A stretch of 64,000 nt of DNA from Leucoraja ocellata. Lineage: Eukaryota. The DNA lies in the NCBI GenBank assembly GCA_036785375.1, contig JAWMAR010000136.1, positions 1,860,001-1,924,000 on the forward strand. The letters run 5' to 3'. A program made the translations under genes and the position numbers. This document shows positions 14,691 to 27,900 of the stretch, in pieces. The notes beneath the pieces are model-generated. The model was not told where the DNA came from. It ran no database searches and saw nothing but the letters and a program-made list of their open reading frames with translations. Numbering within the stretch: the stretch's first letter is position 1; each line of letters opens with the position of its first letter.

Positions 14691-15375
14691 GTATCTGAAA
14701 ACTGAGCTGCACCAATTGCTTTGGGGTAAACAATGAGTTAACTGTTCAGTGTTGAAATTATTCAGAAGTTAAATACTAGGATGATGCTAAAGTAGTCATG
14801 GAGTGTGGACACATCCCCATCTATATCGCTTTAAATGGAAAGGTTTGAAACCCAACCATTCTACAGTTGCAAAGCAACGTTGAGAGGCAACTAGCAACCC
14901 TCTGTACTCAGGCCAGTACAAATCTCATTCATTGCAAAGTTGTTCTGAATAATCTGAGGAGTTGGCATTCAAGTTGTGGTCTTTGCTAGGGAAGGAGGGT
15001 TTAGTGTTGGGTGACTTTGAAAACAGGAAGAGCAGAAAATCCACATTAACTTACCACAAAACGAAACGCTGCTCATTTTATTTATGACTTCCTTCACTCC
15101 ACTCTGCAGGCACAATTTTGCCACATGTGTTTTGATCCGATTGCAGTTCACAATATTCAGCATTGTGCCCTGCTTCCTTGCTGCAACAAGCCATTTTTAA
15201 TATGTGACAAAAACAGGACAGTGGTCATAAAGTTAAAGAAAATCCTTCATCTTCAGAACTGAAATGATTAATAACATAGAACAAGCCAAGTCACATGATG
15301 GATTAGAGTTTCATTATTAACTACTATATGACTCAAGGTTTTTACATGGGTCTGAAGTAATTAAATGAGTAATAT

Positions 15376-15982
15376 TGAGGATAAACCTCAACTAGATCTG
15401 ACCATGCCATCTGGAAAGAAAAATACAACATCCATCCAGCTAAATGCCAAATAATTGAAGCTGTTCTCTCGTTCTAATTTACATAAGGAATTTGGCAATA
15501 TTTAGAGTTGTAATTAGTCTTCTTATGCTTGCATGTAATTTTAAAGACCCTTGCTGAAAGCAGTTCTGAAAATGACCAATGATAACTAAATATTTATTCT
15601 CGACAAAAGCAAGGAGCCTTGCATGACCTTGAAACTTCGAACCTATAGTTGGTAGGGGGTGGATTGAAAAGTGTTGTATTTGAGAAAGAGTAATAGGCTA
15701 CTCAAATTTAATCGCTCCTCAAAGAACATTATACAAAAATGTGGGGAATTTATAGCTGCTGAAACAATGTCAACAACAAGAGCATAACAAGTTCTATAAA
15801 AGGTATTTATGTTCTGATATAAAGATAGCTACTTCCTGCATTATCCCTAACATCTATTCATCACTTCACCTCAATCTCACATCTGCCCCAATGAGTAGGG
15901 ATTTATGAACCACCTTTTTGCAGAATGTATATCATCGTGTCACAACAGGCATTGTGGAGGCAAGGAAAATATCCTGCATTAG
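15376..15982 (+). repeat. ~600-bp direct duplication, copy 2
   Basis: Aligns with 14095-14690 and is flanked by a 16-bp near-identical direct repeat. Confidence 0.95.
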
Positions 15983-16759
15983 TAATTAAATTAGTAGTCA
16001 TATCTCCATTGTTGTATTTAATAATAAGTTTCCATATGCTTCATTCCTATAAAGTTTCAGTTGTATTCTGTAATATTGCAGAGTTGGTTCAAGGTACCTG
16101 GTGAAGTACAGAAAAAGCTAATTCTGTGCGACCAGACTTTCCATCTGTTCACCTATGAGCTCAAAAAAGGTATGTAAGTGGTTAAAATATGGTTCAGAAA
16201 TTTTAAGCTAATATGTAGAATTTATTATTACTTCCAGAATACATTGATATAATTTATAGCATATATTACTATTTGACATCGAAAGCAAAATCTCGATTTT
16301 GCACCTAACATTTTACAATTGGGATGACTTGCAGCGCAGTTCAAGACAGGGCCTGGTTCATAATGTGTCAGCAGTACCAGGAATAAAAGATGCAATCTGA
16401 TCTTTCAGTGATTTTACATGTTCTCAGCTATTGCATTACTTCCCAGAAGTCTACAAGAGGTTACTGTGTTTTTCTCAAGTGTGTATTTGAATACGTGAAA
16501 GTTTAAATCCTACACAATTTAACATGTTTGATATCATTCAAACTTGAAGGGATGCTGCAGCACTAAGACAACTCCAGGATAATAATAACATGACCCTGTC
16601 ACCTACCTACGGCCACACCTCCTACTTCTGGAAACAAATTATTTCTCTCCAGGACTAGAATTTGCTCAGTGACTCAATGGCACAATAGCACTTCAAAGGA
16701 ACAAATGTTTACTGTAACATACTCCACTTAGCTTGGATTTGTACAGGCATATTATGGAT

Positions 16760-16955
16760 GGAATTGAATCATGGCTGATCCATCTCTCCCTCCTAACCAT
16801 ATTCTCCTGCTTTCTCCCCATAACCTCTGAAATCTGTACTAATCGAGAATCTATCTATCTCTGCCTTAAACATATCCACTGGCTTGGCCTCCACAGCCTT
16901 CTGTGGCAAAGAATTCCACAGATTCACCATAAATTTCTCCTCATCTCCTTCCCAA
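16760..16955 (-). mobile_element. CR1 3' fragment
   Basis: Similar to the 55035 and 63805 copies. Confidence 0.7.
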
Positions 16956-18285
16956 AAGAAAAAGTAGCACTAACCGAGTGACACAGTAGAAGTTGAACCT
17001 TGTACTCTGCTTTCAAAATTTGACTTTGTTGACTGAAACAGAATTTCACATGGAAGTAGAACTGCTCTGTGACCTGTTTAGTGCTAGTGACATGGTCAAC
17101 TCTTAGGTATGTGTGTACCATGTGATACAAGTGCACCATTATCTGCTGCCTGAGGCTAGCTCAGCAATTGATCATACTGTCTATCCCTCAAATTGAGATC
17201 TCTCAACTTGAAATCAATGAAAAGTGAACAATAACAGCTCGATTAAAATAACTGCAAACATTTGAAGTGCAAGATGTCTAACATTACCTCCAAGATTATT
17301 CCAACCATCTTCTGCAACAAAGAAATCAGAACAAAATCTCACGTAGCCAGAAGTAGTTTTTAAACGGGTACCATTGTTTACATTTAATTTCGCATTGAAA
17401 TGCATCATGCCAACAAAATAAAAGGGATACTGCAGCTTTAAGCAATCACATGGCTTCCCTTTATATAAACTAGTAACACAGAAACTTGGAGACACCAATA
17501 GTACAGGATGCTGAAAAGGCTTTGCCAGGATGCGTTTTCAAATGGTCATTCGCATTATCTTGTGGTTGGTTATCAATTCTGGTCACTGGAAAAGCCTTCA
17601 GCAAATGTTGTAAGTATATTGGACCCAGTGCAGAAATATGGTTATGTGCACACACATAATACACAATCAAATGGAAACTGAGGAGTTATATATTTACTTT
17701 AACGTACATGACGGATACAATTGTATTAGTTTCCACAATTTATATATTATGGTGATAGTCGATATGGGCCTAAACGTTAGTGAGATATATTTCTGAAATA
17801 GAATTGCTCTAAGATAAGGATCCTTAAACTTTAATGTAAAACTGCCCCTTTTGTTATAAGTGTGCAGCTTATCTGCTAAACATTTGCTCAGCTCGCCAAT
17901 GGGCTATAGTCCACCTGTTAATTAGCCAATGGTCTACAGGCATATTACATTATTTACTGGTAGTCTACAAATAGTATACAGGTAAATTATATTATCCACC
18001 CAGTAAAACCAGACAGCTTTACGTACGTGAGGGAAAGGTACCTGCATAAATAAACATCATTAAAAGCATAAAATATGTAAACACTACATCAGCTAAAACA
18101 TGGAGGATTAAAAATTGGAAAATCAACAGTAACCGAACTAACAGTTCGACAGCAATTATGCACCAGCGCCCTGCAGCCAACAGAGGGGAAATATCAGTAT
18201 GGACTCACAAAAAAAACAAATACTTGTCAGCACAGAACCTATACGCGATGTTTTGTAGCCTGTGCACAATCTGTGCAAGGCAAAG

Positions 18286-18291
18286 TTTATT
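18286..18291 (-). promoter_or_regulatory. Proximal polyadenylation signal candidate
   Basis: AATAAA on the minus strand ~50 nt after the stop codon, with GT/T-rich sequence further downstream. Confidence 0.4.
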
Positions 18292-18341
18292 TGTTCTGTT
18301 CGGGTTAGAGGCAGTGCGCTGTTCAGTGGGGGCACGTCACG

Positions 18342-18445
18342 TCAAAATTTGAAGAGGAAGTGGACGAAGAGTATCACCAGTAGCCATAGTGACGGAGTCA
18401 TTCCTGCTGGAGCGCGGTTATTCCCGTCAAGCACTGTTCCGGGAC
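18342..18445 (-). CDS. OPCML: IgLON gene last coding exon (GPI-anchor signal)
   Basis: caacccacag|GT CCC GGA..., phase 1. It translates as GPGTVLDGNNRAPAGMTPSLWLLVILFVHFLFKF*, matching the GPG...hydrophobic...KF* C-terminus of OPCML/NTM. Confidence 0.93.
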
Positions 18446-18619
18446 CTGTGGGTTGACAAGCACATATTACCAGCTTAGTGACATGCGCCATCGTTTTCAG
18501 CTCCCTGTGATGCAGATTGTAATTCAGTCTGACCCTGGATTGCTTCTGAGAGGTGCTGGCAAGCTTTGAAATCATTGCATGTTAAGGAACATCATGGGAT
18601 AGAAATCCATCATTCGTCA

Positions 18620-18927
18620 CCGAAGCTTGAAAGCGTGCACTACCAGACTCAGGAACAGTTTCGTCCCCTCTGTTATCAGGCTGCTGAACAGTCCTGTCCA
18701 ATTCACCACTGCCCCATTGTGGATATTGGACTTTGGTTATGGAACTGGTGCACTACAATGCTGAGTAATATATTGTGCACTCTGTATCTTCCCCCTTGCT
18801 CTCTCTATTGTAGTTGAGTTTGATGCGATTGTATCTATGTACAGTATTATTTAATCTGATTGGATAGCATGTAAAACAAAGCTATTCACTGTTCCTTGGT
18901 ATATGTGACATTAATAAACCTAAACCC
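18620..18927 (+). mobile_element. LINE 3' fragment, same type as 56590
   Basis: accagactcaggaacagtttc...tgtgacattaataaacctaaac. Confidence 0.6.
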
Positions 18928-19924
18928 AAATGCACGATGGGGTGAGATATGTTGAACTCTGCTTCCACAACACCAGTTCAACACATACACAGCAAAAACA
19001 CAAGCTTAATACATGTGTTTGGCAATGAATTTGTATCTCAATACTGTCCAGAAAGTCAATTATTGCATTCCCTTCACCTCTGAAATAATATGTTTTACAT
19101 TTCACTGTGAAAATCGTAGATTAAATCAAATTGGATATATAAATTCAGCTCTCAGCTGCATCAAGCAGGTATTTAAATGTTACTATATTTTGTGTGTGGG
19201 GTTTTGTTGGCAAATTTAAGTTCTACTTCCTTAAGATGTTAAGGTAGGAAGGAGTAGTTTATGCTATGTTCGAAGTTTCAAACCATACAAATGAGTTGCA
19301 ATCTGATCTAGTATGTCTTAGTGCAGGTCACTTTCTCCATTTATTCAAACCTAATTCTGTGTTGCAATAGAATTCATCAATATGGTAAGAAATCACACTG
19401 ATACAGAAGTCAGTGATCTTCTGAAACTTGGATTGGAGTAGGGTTGTTGACATGTTGGTTTGGTTGCTTGTGTTAAAATAAGACACTGGTTGATTGGATT
19501 CCCGTTAAACTCCCCACCTCAATGATCCTGTCTGCAAAGTGTGGACAGTTAAGATTCTCATGGGACACACTTGTAATACATTAGGAGTAAAATATATTTC
19601 TCTGGATAGCTGACTAATGGCTAAAATCACAGGACAATTAAGGATGGACTATTAAGATACATGATAGAAGAGTTTGATAGACTTGAAAAAAAATGATGTG
19701 CGTGGTCAGATTTCCTTTTGCCTCTTGATGGATATTTCTTTACAGGAGTTCTTCTGAAAAATAACTGATGTAATGGGCCAATACGGTTGGATCTCATCTA
19801 CCCCCTTACACCAATACCACAGGTGCATTTATCTGCTGCAACAGTGTCATGCTGGGGACCTCATATCATGAGATTGCATAGGATTCCTGGGCATGAGGTG
19901 GTGAAACCTGAAACCCTGGCTCCA

Positions 19925-20412
19925 GTACCATGGGCACTATGTTTCAGGAAAGATGTTGTCAAGCTGGAAAGGGAGCAGAGAAGATTTTCGAGGGTGTTGC
20001 CAGGACCTAAGGGGGAGGTTGAGCGGGCTAGGACTCTATTCCTTGGAGCACAGGAGGAGGAGGAGTGATCTTATGGAGGCTTACAAAATCATGAGAGGAA
20101 TAGATCAGGTAGACACACAGAGCAGGGGAATTGAGAACCAGAAGACATAGGTTTAAGGTGAGGGGAGAAAGATTCAATGGGAACCAGAGGGGTAAACTTT
20201 TCACACAAAAGGTGTTAGGTGTATGGAACAAGCTGCCAGAGGGTGTAGTTGAGGCAGGTACTATTGCAACATTAAAGAAACACTTGGACAAGTACATGGA
20301 TTGGACAGGTTTAGAGGGATATGGGACAAACGCAGGCAGGTGAGACATGTTGACTGATGTGGGCAAGTAGGGCCGAAAGGCCTGTTTCCACACTGTAAGA
20401 CTCTGTGACTCT
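19925..20412 (+). mobile_element. CR1 LINE 3' fragment
   Basis: Degenerate LGLYSLEHRRRRSDL and RHRFKVRGERF..FTQKVLGVWNKLPE motifs with a gggccgaagggcctgtttcc tail. Confidence 0.88.
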
Positions 20413-20874
20413 TTGACACAGTACTACTCTGATGGTTTCTGACATCTGGCTGCTGTCAAAAGTTGTTTTCACTGTTTCTATACACTCGGGGACATTTCAA
20501 AATGAAATGTTAACAAATTCAATTTGAAATATCTGTTAATTAATTATAGGGCACACAATTTTTATCATGTTCAGATGATCCCAGAAAGCTTCCTCTTACT
20601 TTTGCTTAGATGCTCCCTATATAATTGGTGGTAAATCATCTCCAATCCAATAATGAACACAGACAGCCAATGGCATTAAATACTATTCTTTAGCAGACAT
20701 TGTTTAATGAATGGGACTTCCACTTCGATATTAACTCAGAGTCCAAACAATTAGGTCATTTTTTTAAGGGACATTCGTGAAATTATATTGGAGTTGATCT
20801 AAAAGCAAAAGTATAATTATTATATGGAGCAGCCGCTGAAAGAATGAAGGGCACGGTGGAAATGTTTTGTGTAC

Positions 20875-20919
20875 CTGCGGCCAATTTGGGCTTTTGATGA
20901 CCGAGTGCATCCTGTTCCT
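20875..20919 (-). CDS. Candidate 45-nt in-frame cassette exon (EEQDALGHQKPKLAA)
   Basis: tgcatttagattttcag|...GCAG|gtacac, phase 1-1 and open. No known homology, and there is a competing AG 9 nt upstream. Confidence 0.28.
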
Positions 20920-23900
20920 CTGAAAATCTAAATGCACCCTCAGAAGCCTTTCAGTGACTACATTTTTATGTCAATATTGAAGGATTATGAGAATTCTTGT
21001 TAGAATCACAATTTACAATGTTACCTTATAAAATACATTCTTACCGTACCATCAGAATGATAACAATTTAACAAGGTGCTTTGAGGATTGACAGACTAAA
21101 TGGCACTTTCAGCCTTATGTTTTACCTACCCTTAAAACGCAGAGTGAAAGAAGTCTCTCTGTTTTAGTAATAGGCAATGAAGGGAAAAGGTAACAGGAGT
21201 TACCTCATGCCACAAACTAGAGGCATGTCTGACTGCCAAGATAATTTAACAGTAAGTGATAATCACAAGGACACGAATTACACTGTGGCAACAATGGGTA
21301 CAAATGCATATGGGGTTGACCTAAAATTCCCTGTTCTGCTGTTGCAGCAGAGATATCAATGTGTTTAAATGAAACAAGAGATTTAACTTTCAATATTTGT
21401 TTTAGCTATGATTGTTGAAGGAGAATCAATTCAGCATTTGGGCCTATTACCCCACAGTTCAATTTCAAAAGCTAGCAACTCTTCTTCCACAATGGTTCAG
21501 CTATTGCTGGAGCAGTTTGACTTGGCCAGGCACAGTGAATTGGAACATGATTATCTCAGCCTTCAAGTCGCTGCACATTTGCACTGCTAGCTGCTGGGAA
21601 ATGCAACTCGACAACATTGCAGCAAGGTTAAAGTCGCATCTGGGACCTCTTGAACATTGGATCCAACGACCTGTAACCTTATTCAATGCAACGTGAAAAT
21701 GGGGGACAGATGGCATGACACAGAAAATGAAGGAAATAGAGCTAAACAGAGTGCAGCGAGAAATTAAATTGAAGGCAATGAACGGGAAGATGTTGAGAGG
21801 GAGAAAAAAGGACACAATAAAGAAATAAGAGATTAAAAAATACTTCCAAAACACCTATTTCTGCACTCTCAATCGAGATAGACATTGAGGATTTGTACGA
21901 CAAGTGATGGTGCAGCAAAAATTAACCAGCAGCTTGGTGTGATTTACAATTCAGGACACATCCCTTCATGAACACAAACAGCTTGGGATAGGAGGGGGCG
22001 GCAGAGATGATTGGGAGATATACTTAATCTTGGGGGGATATTTTAAACAAGCCATTGTTTCTCCAGCAATTTCTCAACCATAAAATCTATTACATGTTCT
22101 TATATATCCAATATATTTTTAATTAACCTATGAAAACAGGCAACCGAATAACACTAAAAAATATGCTATAATACAACATTGGTAAAAATAAATTATTAAT
22201 AACCAAACCATGCCCAGCAAGATCAATCCTCTCCTAAATCATTAAACATTCTTGGTTGATCTTACCAGGGGATTTGGCTGTAAATACTTTCCATGAAAAA
22301 TGTTTTAAAACACAATTTAAAAAAAAAAAGCAATATATCAAAATGATAATTTCGAATAATTTTGTTCACAATCCGAAATGATCCATTGCTACTGATGAAA
22401 ACTTTAAACACATACATGCACATGTTTACAATGCATTCAGTACATCAAACTAAATGACTAAACCAGGTCACTACAACTGTGCTAATTGGACTAGATGATT
22501 GGAAACACTACAAAGCAACAGACATTTTAAAGGGATTTGAATATTGGGAATTAATTAATGGAGCAAATTTACTTAGAAGCTTTAAAGAGGCAACAACAGT
22601 ATAGGTACTGAAGACCAATTTATTTTGTTAATATGTTAATTTATTTGCTTGATCACCAGCATTTAGTTTAGCATTCTTAGAACTCACAGAGACTGTTAAG
22701 TTGTAGTGCAGTTATAATTTGTTTCATGCATTCTTTAACTTCTTTCATTTTACAAACCTTTCCAATTTGCAAGAATTGTAGAAGTTTTCTCTTCTAAAAA
22801 AAATTGAAGAAAGCAAAAAGCTTATGATAAACAATTTAAATGTAAACTAAGTTGCAACAAGAGTGTGGAGGAAACTTCAATACAGGATTTCAGTATTAGT
22901 CATATGATGCATCAGATGATAAAATCCAGAACTAGATACATGCATTCAAAAATCGAAGGTCCAGTGCAAGGAAAGGCACTTTTGAGAAACCCAAATTAAT
23001 TATTTCATGTGTTGCAGACAAAACAAGAGCAATCAATCCCATTCTTCCTTACCAATAATGGCAACCCAAAATGAAACAACAGCTAATATCTGGGCATTAA
23101 CCTACCTAGATGTTAAATCTTTTTCTGGGTGAAGATTCCAACAATTGGAGGCAGCTGAATTTTCTGCTTATCTTAAGTGAGCGAACAGTCTAGCTATAAG
23201 TCTAACATATTATAATGTATCTCAGAATATGCCTTTGCATTGTATACCCCAGCAACATATACCTGGTACCACACCGCAGAACATGGTCACTTTAGGATTC
23301 GATTTCGCACAAAGTTAGCAAAGTAATTGATTGAGGGCTAACTGAATACCAGAGAAGGATCTCTTCTCCCTTTTTGAAGTGTCTGGTTAAGACTGCTTCC
23401 CATGTCTTTAGCAGAAGGAGTGGTGCCAACATCCTCATTAGCAACTGCAAACTTGATTGCGTCACTCACCCAACAATAGATGGACATTTTAAGGGGTAAT
23501 GCTTAAAAAAACGTCTCTGTTAATTATTCAACCTGTGGGTTCTCAAGGGTTCCCTTTCTCATGGAGGGGCTGTTCCATCAAACTGTTATCAGGAACAAAT
23601 AGCTGTTTGCTATTGCTTGAAAAAGACACGTAGGCTGCGGAAAGCTCAGTGAGGTCTTCTGCTACACAGTGAATCCGGACTCATACAATGACATTTAAAG
23701 AACTGGATATTCAATTCAAGAAGCATGTATTACTTCAGGCTGCAGGCGGAATGAAGATTTGTCAATAGAAAAAGTTGATTGCAAATTTATTCAAAATTGT
23801 TTTAAAACGTAAGGGATTAGTTCATTGAAAGATTGCTTATAATGAAATATCTATCTTCTTTTAACTATGACAAATCATTTATAAAAAATGGATGTTCGCA

Positions 23901-24845
23901 ACAATATCAATGCAAATTATGCAAAAATAAGCAAAGTTTGATCAATAGATGTGTTTGCAAAAATTGTTACTTAAAATGTCTGATTCTTTATTAACTTCCC
24001 CGCTCCAAACAGCATGTAGTTAGCTTCAAAATATCGCCAATGACAGCTTCAATCTTTTGTCACCAAATTGTTGATTTTACTTTGAACATACTGCACTGCA
24101 GGTGCTATTAATCTCAGTTTGCACAAACTTCATTTTCTTTAATGGAAAAACACAGATGAATGGTTAAATGAAACACTTACCTAAACAGGAATATCTCTCT
24201 ACATAAAATTGAATTGGATCCTTGCCAAAGATAAACAACATCTTTTTTTCTTGCATCCTGCACCCATTCCATCCTAAATCAATGCAACCTCTATTTTTCC
24301 ATGGGCTCCTGTAGCGGGAACTGCTATTATGGTTAAAATATGGGACAGGTCATGTTGGATACCTGCTGCTCTCTAGATGTAATGATGCTGGACTCCTGGA
24401 GTTGCAATACAAATCTTTACCAATGCCAGAATTTGATTCATATCTGTCAGATTTTACAAGTTCCTTTTCTCAACATGAGTTCGATATTTTTAAAGTGAAT
24501 AGTTTTTTAGGAAATAGTGTCCAGTAGACCATTAGAACAAGGTGGTATTAAAGGATGTCATGTTTTCTTTCACCTTTAGAAACTGCAGACCAAACTAAAT
24601 GAGATGACTTTTGGTTTAAACACAGGCTGCATTAATTTGGGCACGTTTCAGCTAAATTTGTGGTAACTCAAGAACACAAAACGAAATTCACACCTCATCA
24701 TGGATACCCAAGTGTTATCTGCATCAAACACTTTTATAAGTATCATCTCCATGCTGCTATTTGTACCAAGAGAATAATATCAGAAATGGCATAAATCCAT
24801 GTCCATGCTAGGATCTGGTTTTAAAAACTGTATTGAAAGACATAG

Positions 24846-24940
24846 GATAGACACAAAATGCTGGAGTAACTCAGCGACACAGGCAGCAAGTCTGGAGAGA
24901 AGGAATGGGTGACGTTTTGGGTCGAGGCTCTTCTTATCTT
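24846..24940 (-). mobile_element. PLE-derived short repeat
   Basis: Family body with degenerate core. Confidence 0.7.
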
Positions 24941-27900
24941 CTCGGGGACAGATACAGAATCGTAATTTACTGGAGGTGGTGCAGAAATTGGAATCAGATT
25001 TTAAGAACACTGGGTCCCTCCAACAAAGTTGACATACTAAAGAGCGGCACTGCCATTGCAACCAAAATATTTTTCAGACAACAGAAATCATCAGTGAAAG
25101 GCAAATTTGCTTTTCATTAAAAAATTAGCTTTGAAATATTTTTTAATTCAAATATTACGTTTACTGTTGAGTTAGTGGGCATACTAAATGAAATTATGGT
25201 GTTTGTGACTAGCGCAGATCCAATAAACATGGCTGTTTATTTCAATGTCCTTCTGGTGTCCAAGCACAGTTATAAATTAAATAGATGCAATTCAAGAGGA
25301 TTTTGAGTAAATTAAATCAATATACATTGCAATTAAATGACAGACGTGGACTTTCAAAGATTACATCACAAGTACCAAAAAGTACAATGCTTTCTGATAG
25401 CTTTGACAAACTTGCTAATAAAAAGTTGTCAAATTTAGAATCTTTTGCAATACAGAGTTTTAAATTGTGATAAGTAAATTTAATAAAACCAGATTAACAT
25501 TAGAATTTGATTAAATTGGTGTCTATCATTTTAATCCACTGACTTAAATTCAGAATGCTGGGAATTCACATCATCAATTAATTGTGTGATATTTTTGACA
25601 TGTTAGTTTTAGACCAAGATGCTAATGGAAAGCTGTTCTATGTATTGCTCTGACTTTCCTAGTCACAGGAGTGCAGAGGTTGTGGAGGAGAATGCTTAGC
25701 TGTCTTCATAGAGTGAAGAAACGAAACCACTAACAAAAGGAACATAAAGACATAAAGCTCAGAAACAGACCCTTTGATCCATCGTGTCCATGAAGACCAA
25801 TGGTATTTGTAGTAATTTTTACACTATTTTTATTTTTTGCAGTCTTTTACTTTTCACCATTTTGCGGAATTTATGTGTGATTTATATATAAATTGAGTTT
25901 TTTTTAAATGTTTTTTTTATGTGCCTGTGAAGCTGCTTCAAGCAAGATTTTCATTGTTACCTCATCATACTTGTGGATATGACCTGACTTTGTCACAGAT
26001 TTATGGACATTTCTGTTCACTCTCCTGTGTCCTACATTTGTGGGATATATTGGATCTGTTAAAATGCAAAAAGCAACATGCGCATCTTGCACTTCTCAGG
26101 ATTGGCAATAATGTACCATTGAATAATTGAATTCCATCTGTCACTGCTCTCAGCTGATCAACATAGTTCTGTAACCCAAGACCACCCTCCTCACAATCAA
26201 CAATACCACCAGTTTCTGTGACATCTGCAAATATACCAATAATTTATCCTACATTCATATCCAATGTGTTAATGTATATGACAAACAGTAAGGATCTGAT
26301 GCTGACAGATGCTAGAAATTCATCCAATGTTTTATGTTTTGATTGTTATGATTTATGTAGGCAAATTTACCCTTTAAGTTCATTGACATTAAACTCAATG
26401 CAGCTGAATGTCACAGGTGGAGTTAAACCTTCATATGTTGCTATATCACAAGTTTTACAGGAACAGAACAATGAGTAGCTTTACTCAGTTGAATTTATAC
26501 TGGGCATATGGAGTTACTGAAGTGATTTATTGGACATTTATTGATGCTAAAATAAGTGAATGACGTGGAGTTTAAGACATGTCGTGTTGTCAGGCCCAGA
26601 TCAGGTTGATTCCAAATGATGTCATTTCAGTGAATATTCTGTTGACTACTTTTCCACTGAAACTCTGAGGTGAAAACATATGTTAAAAAAGGTGAAAAAT
26701 ACATTCTTGTGAACATTTTACTAAGATTTGAAGGATCACAGTGGGATTTCCAGATATTCTCTGGGAACAAGGGGGATTGTGTTTGGGATCTTTGATTGTG
26801 AATGAAAACGCAATGGACAACTTTGGAATCAGGAGGAAAAAAAAGACACACACACACACACACAATACATGGGTGATCCCTTGATAATTCTGTTTTCAAT
26901 TTACCAACTAAATTGACTGATCTTCCTATGCTAAAACTTATTTTTATGCATGATTTAGGATGATATGGAAACATGGCACATTCAGGTGCTGAAAATGATG
27001 AATCATTTTGAAATATAACTTTCTTGATTTTAGCTCAGGGACAGAAAATAAGAAACAACCTTCTCAATGATGACAATGAACAGGAATCTTGATGGAAGAT
27101 GTTTATAGAACTCAGATGACTAATAGAGGGCAGCATGAACATTAGGTCTCCGTCTTTGTAATGTCAAATCAAATAATTTGAAACCAGAATGATGATTTCA
27201 ACAATTGGTAATGTGTTAGTACAGGATATATATCAAGGGTTGCAAATAAAGTGCAAAGGTGAAAGGAAATGGGCTAAAACAGCTTCAAAATGTGTGACAA
27301 ACATGGCCTGTATATTATTGCATTTTCTGAAATTATGATTGAAAATCTATGAATTTAGATTGAAAGAGCAAGCATTATATTAAAAAAATTGAACATAAGA
27401 TGACTAAAGAATAAATTGGGAATTGCTGTTTGTTTTCTTGCTGCTGTGAAATCCATGGATTATTCTTGTTATACCATCCAATAGTGCAATCAAACATAGG
27501 CGAACACAAAATATTAGCATATTTAATCACAGCCATATTTTTCACCATGTGCGGGTTCTTACTTGCTTCTTTATTTCCACAAATGTGTTCATCCTCATTG
27601 TTTAGCATTTGAACTATGAACTGTTTGATTTTGTTTGGCTTTCACTGATCTATGTTTTTCTCTGATGTATCAGAGAAGCTCACTGAATGGGCATTAAATT
27701 TTGGTGCGTCCATGGTTGTGTCAATGAACAACAATTCAGCCCCCACCTAACAATTATTCAGCCTTGTTAGATCTAAATGGAACTTGAGGTTTCAGCCTGA
27801 TTACAAGTTGTCAGCCATTTCACTTGAAGTGTCAGCCATTTCCATTCATCTCTCAGCAGTACAAAATGTGTTACTTTTAAGAGGTGTGGGAAGAAAAGCA

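Noticed and set aside
15055-15103. 49-nt exon-like segment with a G|gtaagt donor
   Set aside because: It lies beyond the stop codon, has a weak acceptor and has an in-frame stop in phase 1; unsupported.
21126-21158. 33-nt phase-symmetric candidate ERLLSLCVLRV
   Set aside because: The acceptor is purine-rich, donors compete, and the peptide is unlike stalk inserts.
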